A stretch of DNA of 64,000 bases, taken from IMG/VR virus record IMGVR_UViG_3300025706_000022, positions 1 through 64,000 of that record. One strand, given 5' to 3'. The position numbers and the translations under genes were made by a program. The notes under the pieces are model-generated. The model was not told the origin of the DNA, ran no database searches, and was given only the letters and a program-made list of their open reading frames with translations. Source of the stretch: a virus. Its lineage: Duplodnaviria > Caudoviricetes. Positions 48,001 to 57,370 of this stretch are shown here, piece by piece (position 1 is the first letter of the stretch; every line of letters begins with the position of its first letter).

Positions 48001-51000
48001 TAGCAGTAATGAAGGGATTAAGAATGAAATCAGTGCTATTGTTGCGAATACGCCCCAGATTGCTGACACTATACATGCCTTCTGTGTCTGGGATAATACG
48101 AAATTCTTCTGTCATAATGACTCCATGGGTGTGTAAATTATGCTGCATATTACTATGCAGATCAGACTATATCTTCAACAAACAATGTTTGCTGTCCCGC
48201 GTTTCCACTAGACTTCTAGTGTATGAGATTCATAATCCGTTCTGGACCGTATTCTCTAGTCGTTGAACCTTCCAAAGAGTCCCCTCTAAGGCTTGGCTGC
48301 TGATTGTCCTTTAACGAAGGAGTTTCCAGCAATTAACGGGATTTTACAAGGCCACAAGTTTAGCCTTCCTTAAATCCTTCTCGCTTAGCCCCAATCTTTC
48401 ATTAAGCTTTTTAAACCTAGGATCATTAAAGGTCATAGAAGCAATCTCGTCATAGAGACGCCGCTTCTGGTTAGTAGGAACAACATTACTAAGTTCTGCT
48501 AATTGCTTATTCTTAGTAGACAATGCAATAATCTGAGCACCAGAAGATGAAGCATCTTGCTCTAGAGCTACTTTAATCATATAATTATCAAGTGGAGTAA
48601 GATCTTTGTAACTGCCACCTAAAAATTTATCAATGCGGTATTGTTCAAGGGCAAGCCTAAATAACTTTCCCTGTTCTTCAGCATCCGCCATCTGAACGAT
48701 CTTAGATTCAAGGATATCACGAATATCCTGAGGCTTTTGTCTTTCTATACGTTTACCTAATAAAACAAGATCAGCACGCCATTTATCTGCAATCTTCTGC
48801 CTACCAGTTTGAGAGAGACCATTAAAGCGTCCTTCAAACTCATCACTTAGGCCACCTAAGAAACCACCTATCTGGTCTTGTAGGTTATAATATCCATCAA
48901 TACCTAAGGGTTTAGCTTCTGGTGTATTTAAGAAAGGACGAAAGGACTCACCAGATTGTGGTCCAATGTAGCCGCTATCATATATGCGACCGCGATGATC
49001 AATGAAAGCGTGATTACTAAAAGACATATCGTTCTTAACATAATGTTCCATAGCCTTAAATCTATCGTATGCATCACCACGAGCAGTCATGTGATCACGA
49101 TAATGATTCAAATCATTAAAATACTTAGCCTTACCCTTATCGTCTTGGAAATCCAATAACTTTCTCGTAAACCCATAAAACTCAGGATCTACTTTATACT
49201 TACTATTGCTATACCAATTAAGGGCATCTGCTAATGGTTCGTCAATTAGCTCTGCAGGTATTTCAGTGAAACTACTTGAAGATGTAATTGGTATTTGTGT
49301 ATCATATCCGCCCTTAGCAAAATATGTTTTGAACCCAGGTTTAATATATAGTTGGTTATCATATCTATTATTCACACCAATACGATAGCCTACATCGATA
49401 GCACGATTAAGGTATGAGTAGTGCTTAATACGAGCATCGGTAATCCTAAGATTTACACTAAATGTATCGTAGTATTGACCAAAGTATTGACCACTCATAC
49501 GACTACGCATACGCCTTTTCTTAACACCAAAAGTATCTAGTGTATAAAATCCTACTTTTTGAGCATAATCTAAGATTTCTACACCTGCATCATACCATTC
49601 TTTTTTAGATCCACGAAAATTAGTAGTATTAAATAGATCTCTTCCTAATTCAATGGCTAGTTGATCCCTATCAGGGGCATCATCCATTGCTAACCGTTTA
49701 GCAAACCTCAAATAGAACTGCTGAGTTTCAAACTTACCTAATCCCTGAAATACTCTACGCATTTGAAGTTTCATAGGTAATTGTGTTTTTAAGAAGATAT
49801 CTACTGTAGAACGTAACTGTAGTGCTATAACGGGTAATTGTCTAGCTTCCCATAGATTACGCTCTTTAATATTAGCAATAAAATTCTTGCCCAAATCATC
49901 TAATTGTATAGGGCCAAGAACAGGATCAAGATACTCACCTTGCTTAATCTTGTAGAAGAAGTCAGAATTATTTCTTAACTGTGTCTCAATAAACTCTGAC
50001 ACGTTAGTAACACTATTCTTCATTTCTGAGTTAAGAACAGCCTTAAGATTACCCCAAGGCTTTCCTTGTTTACGAAAACGCTCAAATGTTACACGAAGAT
50101 TATCAGTGACAACTGCAGCCTCATTCATGCCTACAGACTTCTGTATTTCTATCTTGAAATCTTGTAGGAACTTCTTATCATCTGCGGTTAATACTGTGCT
50201 TTCATCAATAAGCCTAACAGCGCGTTTATCAGCAGCCATATTAGGTTGATAGATGCGGGCATCCTCTCTACGCTTAGTAATAGGATTATATATTAGCTGA
50301 TCTTCAGTTGGAGGGCTGTTTAGAACCCTATTCTTAGTACCAGCCTTTACATGAGGTAGAATACCACGATAGTTAGTAACACTTAAAGTACCATTTAGCT
50401 CACCAGACTGTAGTTTATAATACTCTACGAGTTTGCTAACGGCCTCTTTATCTCTAAGTATTTCAAGAGGGGATGTATATCCCAGTGTAAGTGTGTCCAG
50501 TCTTTCTTTTGCATTCGCGAATACTTTACTAGTAGCTTCTACGCTACCGTTATAACCACCTGCTGTATTATTATCACCAGTTAGTAGCTTAAGCTCATTG
50601 AGACCTACACTAGCACCCTTAGGTGTTATAAACCTCTCAGCTGTAAGCTCATTATTTTGGAACATCTTAAGGCGATGCATATCTCCTAGATGCATTAGCT
50701 GAATTCTATCTGGTTGTTTCTTTAACCAATCATTATAAGAAATAGTGTCATAAGGTGTTCCAGTAAAATAACTAGAGGCATACTTATCATAGGCTTCAAT
50801 CTCTGCTTCCGACATTCCAGCTGTATTACGGGCTCTAGTGGCTCTTACAGAATCAACTTTTGCTAAGTCTGCCCAAGCCTTAGGAACAGGTATTGTAGTA
50901 GACCTACACCTATAATGTTGTGGTGGTAAATGACCAGTATCAGAAACTGGATAGATATTTCCATCCATATATCTGCATACTGGAGTAGTTCTAGTGTCTA

Positions 51001-51634
51001 ATACCGCGGCGTATTGGTATCCTTTCAAGTATTTGCTATTCTCTGCATATACTTGCTGGTCTACTTGTGCATACACACTAGTAATCCCGGTAATAACAAT
51101 ACCTTCACTATGTACACGAGTAAGATTAAACGTTTTAGATACACGTTTAATCATTTGTTCTTCAGTTAAGCCTTCAGCTAGGCCGCCTCTAATAGCAGCC
51201 TCTATACGCTTACGCTCATTTAAGCCAATGCCTTTCCAACCTTCTGCAAGAGTCTTATTAGCATAGAGAGGTTGTGTTAATACTATCTCGCTAGCAATAG
51301 CACGAGTAGGTCTCTCAGGCTCAAAGAAATCTCTGAATGACTTATTGAGAGTATCTAAAGAACTTACTTGTGCTTGATTACCAAACTCAATAAAACTTTT
51401 TGCATTATGGCGATACGCTGTTTCTGTAAATCGCCTTATCTCTGCATCTGTTGCAGGGCTGATCGGCATTTCTTTTGAATAGTTTCCAGGGAGTATTGCG
51501 AGCATTCTAGTTTCATGGTCATCAACTAATGCTAATGTTTGTGCGGTAACTCGCTCTGTATAAAGTCGAGTCATAGCAGCATCATGTATGGTTTTATCAC
51601 CAGCAACCTCGACCGCTGTCTTTTCTACTTTCAT
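45053..51634 (-). CDS. MuF/SPP1-gp7 head protein fused to T7-type RNA polymerase; join(48362..51634, 46301..47404, 45053..45361), 1561 aa
   Basis: MuF motifs AVLD.RTT..C...DG and PPQHYRCRS; RNAP DHRGRIY; motif A DASSSGAQ. Splicing restores motif B RKA|SKAHNMVSLYG and motif C IHD|AF. Confidence 0.9.
45362..46300 (-). mobile_element. Group I intron 2 (IA-type), inserted in RNAP motif C
   Basis: P1 CCACGAU/GUUGUGG with U.G at the splice site; P3 TCCCTC/GGGGGA; P4 TCGGT/ACCGA; P7 GACTA/TAGTC; AAGATATAGTCT; terminal G. Confidence 0.93.
45412..46077 (-). CDS. Intron-encoded NUMOD4/HNH homing endonuclease
   Basis: LHRLVAKAFIPNP...VNHIDGNRLHN...NLEW; two C-terminal HTH-like repeats; start ATG 46077. 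Confidence 0.92.
   Translation of the reverse strand: MQEEWKQVGDANYSISNHGRLYCGSNGCITLGNIVGGYRQFHISYNGVRRTEKLHRLVAKAFIPNPFSKSDVNHIDGNRLHNHVINLEWATRSENVQHAYDTGLMPRGSHRVESVLVESEIPTIIKLMLAGKKDQEIADEYGVTRQSINAIRIGDNWKHLGLTIPGRYNGAPRTRKITAEDVPYIRECIKNGKLDAEIAVEFGSHPSTIRQIRIGNTWKNY
47405..48361 (-). mobile_element. Group I intron 1 (IA-type), inserted in RNAP motif B
   Basis: P1 AAGGCU/GGCCUU with U.G at the splice site; P3 TCCCGT/GCGGGA; AATTGCTGGAAA and AATCAGCAG; TCAACGACTA; AAGATATAGTCT; terminal G. Confidence 0.94.
47447..48115 (-). CDS. Intron-encoded NUMOD4/HNH homing endonuclease
   Basis: VHKLVIRAFIP...NHIDGNKLNN..SNLEWCT..EN..HA; two C-terminal HTH-like repeats; start ATG 48115. Confidence 0.92.
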   Translation of the reverse strand: MTEEFRIIPDTEGMYSVSNLGRIRNNSTDFILNPFITARGYLQVSIQFTSRKDRITIDVHKLVIRAFIPRVDGKPWANHIDGNKLNNKSSNLEWCTPTENNEHAVKLGLIASGEGSYMHILLETEVHEIIDALKAGDRNITLAKKYNVAPNTIDDIRCNRTWRFIERQPIIGNGPVKKLTGEDIPVIRSLFGTLRDCDIAPMFGVATATINQIRRGNTWKNY

Positions 51635-51660
51635 ATGGTACTCCTAGAGATTAGTCAAAA

Positions 51661-51706
51661 GAAACTGGGTGAGGTAGTACCATAAAGGCCTTATACCCAC
51701 CCGGTT
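51661..51706 (-). terminator. Hairpin with U-tract between portal and MuF-RNAP
   Basis: Minus strand AAACCGGGTGGG...CTCACCCAGTTTCTTTT. Confidence 0.5.
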
Positions 51707-51708
51707 TA

Positions 51709-53259
51709 TTATTTTGCTGGAGGCTTAGCAGCTAATTTACTAGCTGTATTAAGACCATCCTCATACTTCTGTGCAGAAGGTACAATATTCTCATCTTCGT
51801 TAATTTCGTCTTGAGCCTCATCATCATTATACTCAGGACTAAGCAACTCATTAGCCTTAAGAAGACGAAGCCATTCACTACGAGGTATAAGACCTTCTTT
51901 GTAAATCTCAGTCATCAGTCTAATATAATCTTGACCAATAGCTGTAGGATCAAAATCTGGACTTAATGTAAATATAACATCATTATTTGTTAATCCAAGG
52001 TCATAACGACGATTAAGCATATACACAATAATACCACTAACTACCTCGCTGAGCTTAGTATTGAGTGTACCAAGAGTAGCAACTTGAGCAGCGCTACGAA
52101 TAGTAAGTGCTACACCAGATTCAGCCGTTTCAGGTGCTAAGAATCTAATCCCTAGCTTAGCTAACTCATCCATTTTGGATGCAATAGCTGATTCTAAATC
52201 TTTAAGGGCTTCCGTAGGTGGTGATAAAGAACCAATCTCATCACCCTTACGTAAACGAATCCAAGTGCCTAACCCCTGATTAACGATTTCTGTAAAGTCC
52301 TCATCAGGCATATCACTAGCAACCCATGGAGTATATGTAGCAGCGCCATAAAGTAAGTGGTTACGCCTGGACATTACATTATAGAGTGCTTGTTCCTTGT
52401 CCACAAAAGTTGTGATATAAGGCTCAATAGCATCAATATTGCCATTAGCAGGATAAGCAGGAATCGTTGTCATCAGCTCACCATGCATCCTGGGCTGGAT
52501 AAGGCTAACTTGTTTAAATCCAGAGGATTTACTAGGTTGAGTCTGACCTTCAATAAGAACTGGGTTAGCTTCACCTTCAAGCTCAAATACACGTATTTGA
52601 TAAGCATTGTCAATTAATTCATGAACCCAGATAGTATCCACCACATATGGATGGAATGCTAGTGGATCAAGGTATTTATCCACATAACCTCTTACAATAA
52701 TCCTACTAAGAACTCGTTTTCCATTTATAGTAGTAGTTTGCCAATTAATAACATTTTCAGCTTGCCAAATTACTGCATATGGCTTAACTTGCTTAAAATC
52801 GGCTGAATCCATTGCTGCTATCTGTTCTTCAGATAACATTGGGTAATCAACATAAATCCATGCTCTACTAGTTTGCATTTCTTCATTAAGAAGTTTATCT
52901 AAGAATGCTATTAAACTACCACCCTCAACTGTAAAATCAGATTTAATCCATTCCATTGCCTCTTCCGAGACTTCTTTCTTATATTCTATTTGTGGAGGCT
53001 TCCTGAGAAGACCACCGATAACTACAGAGATAAACTGGCTAGTAATGCCAGGTAGCTCAGCCTCTGCCTTAAAGAAGGCATACTGCTCTAGGCTCATTGT
53101 TGGTGAAAATGGAAGTAAGTAATTCTTAGCATTGGGTAGTATATCAGCATCCTTAACATATTGCTGACTATGAGCAAAGGCTCTACACTTTTTCCATGTA
53201 TCTACCAGAGAGTCATAAGAATCACATGGTTCATTAACTTGAGTTTTAGCCTGTGCCAT
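51709..53259 (-). CDS. Portal protein
   Basis: 516 aa, downstream of terminase; Y......A...G....; Q...YN..S...H.LY..A; acidic C-terminus. Confidence 0.88.
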   Translation of the reverse strand: MAQAKTQVNEPCDSYDSLVDTWKKCRAFAHSQQYVKDADILPNAKNYLLPFSPTMSLEQYAFFKAEAELPGITSQFISVVIGGLLRKPPQIEYKKEVSEEAMEWIKSDFTVEGGSLIAFLDKLLNEEMQTSRAWIYVDYPMLSEEQIAAMDSADFKQVKPYAVIWQAENVINWQTTTINGKRVLSRIIVRGYVDKYLDPLAFHPYVVDTIWVHELIDNAYQIRVFELEGEANPVLIEGQTQPSKSSGFKQVSLIQPRMHGELMTTIPAYPANGNIDAIEPYITTFVDKEQALYNVMSRRNHLLYGAATYTPWVASDMPDEDFTEIVNQGLGTWIRLRKGDEIGSLSPPTEALKDLESAIASKMDELAKLGIRFLAPETAESGVALTIRSAAQVATLGTLNTKLSEVVSGIIVYMLNRRYDLGLTNNDVIFTLSPDFDPTAIGQDYIRLMTEIYKEGLIPRSEWLRLLKANELLSPEYNDDEAQDEINEDENIVPSAQKYEDGLNTASKLAAKPPAK

Positions 53260-53274
53260 TGCATTACTCCTAAG

Positions 53275-53553
53275 TTAGCGAACTCCGGAGCGCAGCATCT
53301 GGTTAAAGGCATCAATTGTACCATTAAACATAATGCCACCACATCTAGCTTCAATAGTATCTTCCCCAGTGGATAGAATAACCCAATTAGAGGGGATACG
53401 CTCGTTATTAGTCAGTGTTACAGGCGTACTATTGGCTGGTTTAGGAGGTGCAATAGGCAACTCAACAGCCACCTCTTCCTTAGTAATGTTTAAAATAGAC
53501 TCAAGGCTAGCAACATCCTTGGCGGCAATTGTTTGTAATTCTTTTGCAGTCAT
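53275..53553 (-). CDS. Small hypothetical protein between terminase and portal
   Basis: ORF with GGAG RBS inside a 40-bp repeat. Confidence 0.6.
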   Translation of the reverse strand: MTAKELQTIAAKDVASLESILNITKEEVAVELPIAPPKPANSTPVTLTNNERIPSNWVILSTGEDTIEARCGGIMFNGTIDAFNQMLRSGVR

Positions 53554-53586
53554 CGATTTTTACTCCGTAAAATTCTGTGTGAACAT
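53547..53586 (-). repeat. 40-bp leader/RBS repeat, copy A
   Basis: 36/40 identical to 56992-57031. Confidence 0.85.
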
Positions 53587-53597
53587 ACAATATCCTG

Positions 53598-54992
53598 TTA
53601 GAAAGCAAATCCTCTACTAGAAGATCTACGGTGTTGAATTGGCCAATGATAATCAAAGTAATACCTGATACCATCAGAGAAGTGCTCTACATCTTGACTC
53701 TTGTCAATCATAGCAGTATCACTATTCTTATCTACCCACTGGGTACGAGCTAGTGATTCTATTACTGGTCTGCATTTAGCAGATACAAATGCATATCTAT
53801 TACCAGGCTTTTTAGTACGAGGGTTACTAGCAGTCTTAAATCTAGCATTAGTAGCATTAACACTATCTACGATAGGTGGATGTGCTGATTTAGCTAGTAC
53901 ACTAAACCCATACGATTCTAATATAGTAAAGTCTGTGGTACCTACTACAGCGCTAGTTTTAGCAGAACGACCTGAAGGATCAGGATAGCAGTAGATAGAG
54001 CTAGGAGGCCTGTCACTGTTAACAAATCTTCCATAAATAGTGGCAGCCAGTTGTTCTGTATCAGCACTGCCTTGGATATAATCAAAACAGCCAGTAAACT
54101 CACCACGCTTAACCCAGACACTACTACACTGTTTCCGCACGTTAAAGTCGATAGCAATATGCACAGGCTCGCCATCACCTGGAGTAATAAGGCCTTCTGG
54201 TACAACATTATTTTTCCTATCAAAACAGTAAAATACATTATTACCCGAATCTTCAAACCTGGCAAGATATTCTCTTGCAAATCTGATCGGATCCATATTA
54301 TTAGAGCTACGCTCTACTTCCTCTACATCTAAATATGGTGATTTGGTGTAGTCGTAATGATAGCTCTTCCAACGATCATCTGTTTGGCTATTATTAAATA
54401 AGTCAAAGAAAGTATCATAACCCTTAGGTGTGCTAATACACATAAACCTACCAGGATTAACTTCCATCTGCTTACCAGTATATTCAAAGATCTCTCTAGC
54501 AAACTCAGCGGCCCTTTTAGGGGACCACCGAGTGTCTATAGTAGGCATAAGAATAGATTCAATCATATCCTGCTTAGCTGCTTCTTTCATGTCAAAGGAA
54601 GTAAGCTCGTCTACTAGCACGAAGTTATTACCCTTACCGCGTTGACGCTCAACAGCTTCACCTGATACTAATCTTAGCTCTACATGATTAGGGAATCTAA
54701 AATACCCTTTATCTCTACTGTACTGTACTGCATGTGACTCTAAGCCAAACTGATAGGCCAACAGAGGGTAATAAATATCCACTGTCTGGCTATATGTAGG
54801 GCATACGATAATGGCATTCTTATTAGGAATCCATTCTGGTAGCATGCTTAGCTCACCTACTATCTGTGAAGCTGAGGCAGCCCCTTCTACTGACTTGCCC
54901 CAACCTCGAGATGCACATACTACAGTATGTCTATGATCTTTCTTAACGAATGTATCATGAAACACTTTTGATTGAGTAGGGTGTAATTTCAT
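53598..54992 (-). CDS. terL: Terminase large subunit
   Basis: Walker A ASRGWGKS; Walker B VLVDE; ISTPKG; F.REYLA.F; nuclease AIDFN and EHFSDGIRY. Confidence 0.95.
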   Translation of the reverse strand: MKLHPTQSKVFHDTFVKKDHRHTVVCASRGWGKSVEGAASASQIVGELSMLPEWIPNKNAIIVCPTYSQTVDIYYPLLAYQFGLESHAVQYSRDKGYFRFPNHVELRLVSGEAVERQRGKGNNFVLVDELTSFDMKEAAKQDMIESILMPTIDTRWSPKRAAEFAREIFEYTGKQMEVNPGRFMCISTPKGYDTFFDLFNNSQTDDRWKSYHYDYTKSPYLDVEEVERSSNNMDPIRFAREYLARFEDSGNNVFYCFDRKNNVVPEGLITPGDGEPVHIAIDFNVRKQCSSVWVKRGEFTGCFDYIQGSADTEQLAATIYGRFVNSDRPPSSIYCYPDPSGRSAKTSAVVGTTDFTILESYGFSVLAKSAHPPIVDSVNATNARFKTASNPRTKKPGNRYAFVSAKCRPVIESLARTQWVDKNSDTAMIDKSQDVEHFSDGIRYYFDYHWPIQHRRSSSRGFAF

Positions 54993-55006
54993 GATACATC
55001 CTTTCT

Positions 55007-56998
55007 TTATGGTAAAGTAACTCCTGTCTTATCTGCAACCCATGTTTCAGTGTCGGTGATTTCCTGTGTGGCGGCTGTACGTCCTAGGAAAATCATGGAG
55101 TATATGTTTCCTGTCACTGGAAGCGATCCGGTACTGCGACTACCAACATTCAAGGCAAAGTTTCCAAATGGCCCGTCACCTGCTGATGCCTCACCAACTT
55201 GACTAGTCGCCTCAACAACACCATTAACGCGAAATATGATCTCAGTCGCATTTGTTGGTTGTGAGTAATCCAAAGCAACTGTAGCAACCTCTGTTATCGG
55301 TGGCGCAGACGTATTAGCAAGCGCAATAGTCTGACCACCAGACCCCGCTAGAGCAGTCTCGTATCCACTAACGGAATTTCTACCAGCAAAGTAGAATCCT
55401 CCCGTTGTGTCTGGAGGCCCAAACTCTGCATAACATTTATACCCTGAGTCATTCGGCCTAAAAACCCCCAAGAATAGGGATGCCGCACTCGTTCCAGACA
55501 AATCGAAACTCGCCGAACTTACCCTATCATCCACCCCGTCGAACTGTAGCCACTTTGGTAGACCTACAGTATTATAAACATCGTTTTCAACACGTTGATA
55601 TGGTCCAAATTCAGCACCTTTTGCGATTTGAATACCCCACACATAGGCACCAGATGCCCCATCTCCATTATATGTATCAGTCAACCCATCTGGACTTAAA
55701 TACACGTCAAACCATACACCATTGTCGGCAAGTGAAATTGGCACTGTCATTGTGCATAAGTACCAGCCATTAGGGAATGCCGTTATAGTTGCATTGGTAG
55801 GCGCAGCATAATAATCACCTAACACGGCACCACTACCAATTAGCTCGAAGTATTTGCCAAAATAAGAAGAATAGTCCCCATAAGCATACAATATAAAGTA
55901 ATTACGTCCATTCGGTTTAACCCAAGCTGATACTGTATGCGACCCTTCACCTGTTGGCACAATGGTATTCCTGGTTACACCAAAGTACGTATTAAGATTA
56001 GTGCCCTCGGTCATCAGGTCTGCGGTTGCAGTACCATCGGGGGCTGTTACGGCATTAGGCGTAATAGTTACATGTGTTAATACATCAAAATGTGCAGTGA
56101 TATTTTCAGAATACGATACTAAGTTAATACGCTCTTTGTAGATCGGGCGCTTGGCGGCGGTGGCTTGGGAGGCGTGGTTGTTGCGGCCTGACTTGTCCAG
56201 AATCAGTCCAACAGGCTGCCCATCCGCAGTGACCGGCGTAGTGCCTGCGCTGTCTTGGAACATGGTGCTCAGGTCGGACGGGTCGTACCATACACCTTGA
56301 GCACCATCCTCAAACAATTCTGAAGGATAGTATACATAAGCAGCAATACTCATACTATTAGATGTTGCATCAACAGAGCCAGCAGCATTAGTCCCTGTAA
56401 CATCACATGCAAGGGTATGACCTTTATCAGTATCTAGTATAGTATATGTACTAGATCTTTCTCCAGTTATATTTACACCATCTAAAGTCCATTGGTATGT
56501 ATATGTTGGAGTAGGATTACCTGTCCATGTCCCTTGTGTGCAAGTGATTACTTCACCTGCCTCAGGAGTACCAGATATAACAGGAGCTACAGTATTTACT
56601 GGCAACTCTGCAGGAATACTAATAGCATTAGACCAAATACGAGTATCACCAATAGCGTTAGTTGCAATTTCTTTACAACGAATATTTGCAGCAGCATCAT
56701 TTTCTACTACTACATAGGTAAGGCCAGTAGCACCATCAATATTAGTACCATTGTGTTGCCACTGATGGGCAATAGATACTGCTCCTGTCCAAGTACCTGG
56801 AGTACAGGTTAATGTAGAGCCAATTGCAGATGCGCCGGTTACAACAGGGCGTGTAACATTAACTGGGGCACCAGGAGGCTCATTGTCTAGGCCTATCTTA
56901 CCATATCCAGCTAATATACCCACATTATCAATTTCTGATTCATCTGAGTATGCACTATCTACGCCTGTAGCTAGGATATCATTCCTGGTAACAGTCAT
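55007..56998 (-). CDS. Virion surface protein with two Ig-like repeats plus lectin/LamG-like domains
   Basis: P.N...P.I.G....G..LTC..GTW.G....QW...G..I.G....TY twice; WYDPSD..TMFQDSAGT.PVT..GQPVG; FDGVDD. Confidence 0.75.
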   Translation of the reverse strand: MTVTRNDILATGVDSAYSDESEIDNVGILAGYGKIGLDNEPPGAPVNVTRPVVTGASAIGSTLTCTPGTWTGAVSIAHQWQHNGTNIDGATGLTYVVVENDAAANIRCKEIATNAIGDTRIWSNAISIPAELPVNTVAPVISGTPEAGEVITCTQGTWTGNPTPTYTYQWTLDGVNITGERSSTYTILDTDKGHTLACDVTGTNAAGSVDATSNSMSIAAYVYYPSELFEDGAQGVWYDPSDLSTMFQDSAGTTPVTADGQPVGLILDKSGRNNHASQATAAKRPIYKERINLVSYSENITAHFDVLTHVTITPNAVTAPDGTATADLMTEGTNLNTYFGVTRNTIVPTGEGSHTVSAWVKPNGRNYFILYAYGDYSSYFGKYFELIGSGAVLGDYYAAPTNATITAFPNGWYLCTMTVPISLADNGVWFDVYLSPDGLTDTYNGDGASGAYVWGIQIAKGAEFGPYQRVENDVYNTVGLPKWLQFDGVDDRVSSASFDLSGTSAASLFLGVFRPNDSGYKCYAEFGPPDTTGGFYFAGRNSVSGYETALAGSGGQTIALANTSAPPITEVATVALDYSQPTNATEIIFRVNGVVEATSQVGEASAGDGPFGNFALNVGSRSTGSLPVTGNIYSMIFLGRTAATQEITDTETWVADKTGVTLP

Positions 56999-57031
56999 CG
57001 CTTTTTACTCCGTAAAATGCTGTGTAGACAT
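56992..57031 (-). repeat. 40-bp leader/RBS repeat, copy B
   Basis: 36/40 identical to 53547-53586. Confidence 0.85.
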
Positions 57032-57041
57032 GATTATCCCC

Positions 57042-57341
57042 TTATTTACACGTAGAAACGTATACTTTAGCACCAGTACCACTAATAGAATCAAGCTTAG
57101 CGCGTACTTGTTGCCAAGGAGCAGCTACAGCAAAACCATCAGAAGCATTATCAGTACCTGACAAAGTAATTGTACCAATACTTAGCCAGCCCACACCATC
57201 ATTACTTACTTGAATCTCAACTGATGCTGCAACAGCTCCAGCACCAACTACACTAGCCTGTACAGACCAGTTAATTGTTTCAGAGTTGAATGCATCACCA
57301 GTGATAGGGGCAACTGCATCTTTAAGAATGTATTTTTGCAT
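57042..57341 (-). CDS. Small beta-sandwich virion-associated protein
   Basis: V.IQVSNDG..W...T.TL.G....DG.....PW..VRA. Confidence 0.6.
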   Translation of the reverse strand: MQKYILKDAVAPITGDAFNSETINWSVQASVVGAGAVAASVEIQVSNDGVGWLSIGTITLSGTDNASDGFAVAAPWQQVRAKLDSISGTGAKVYVSTCK

Positions 57342-57370
57342 GATATTTCCTTGAGAGTTGTGAAGGGTTA

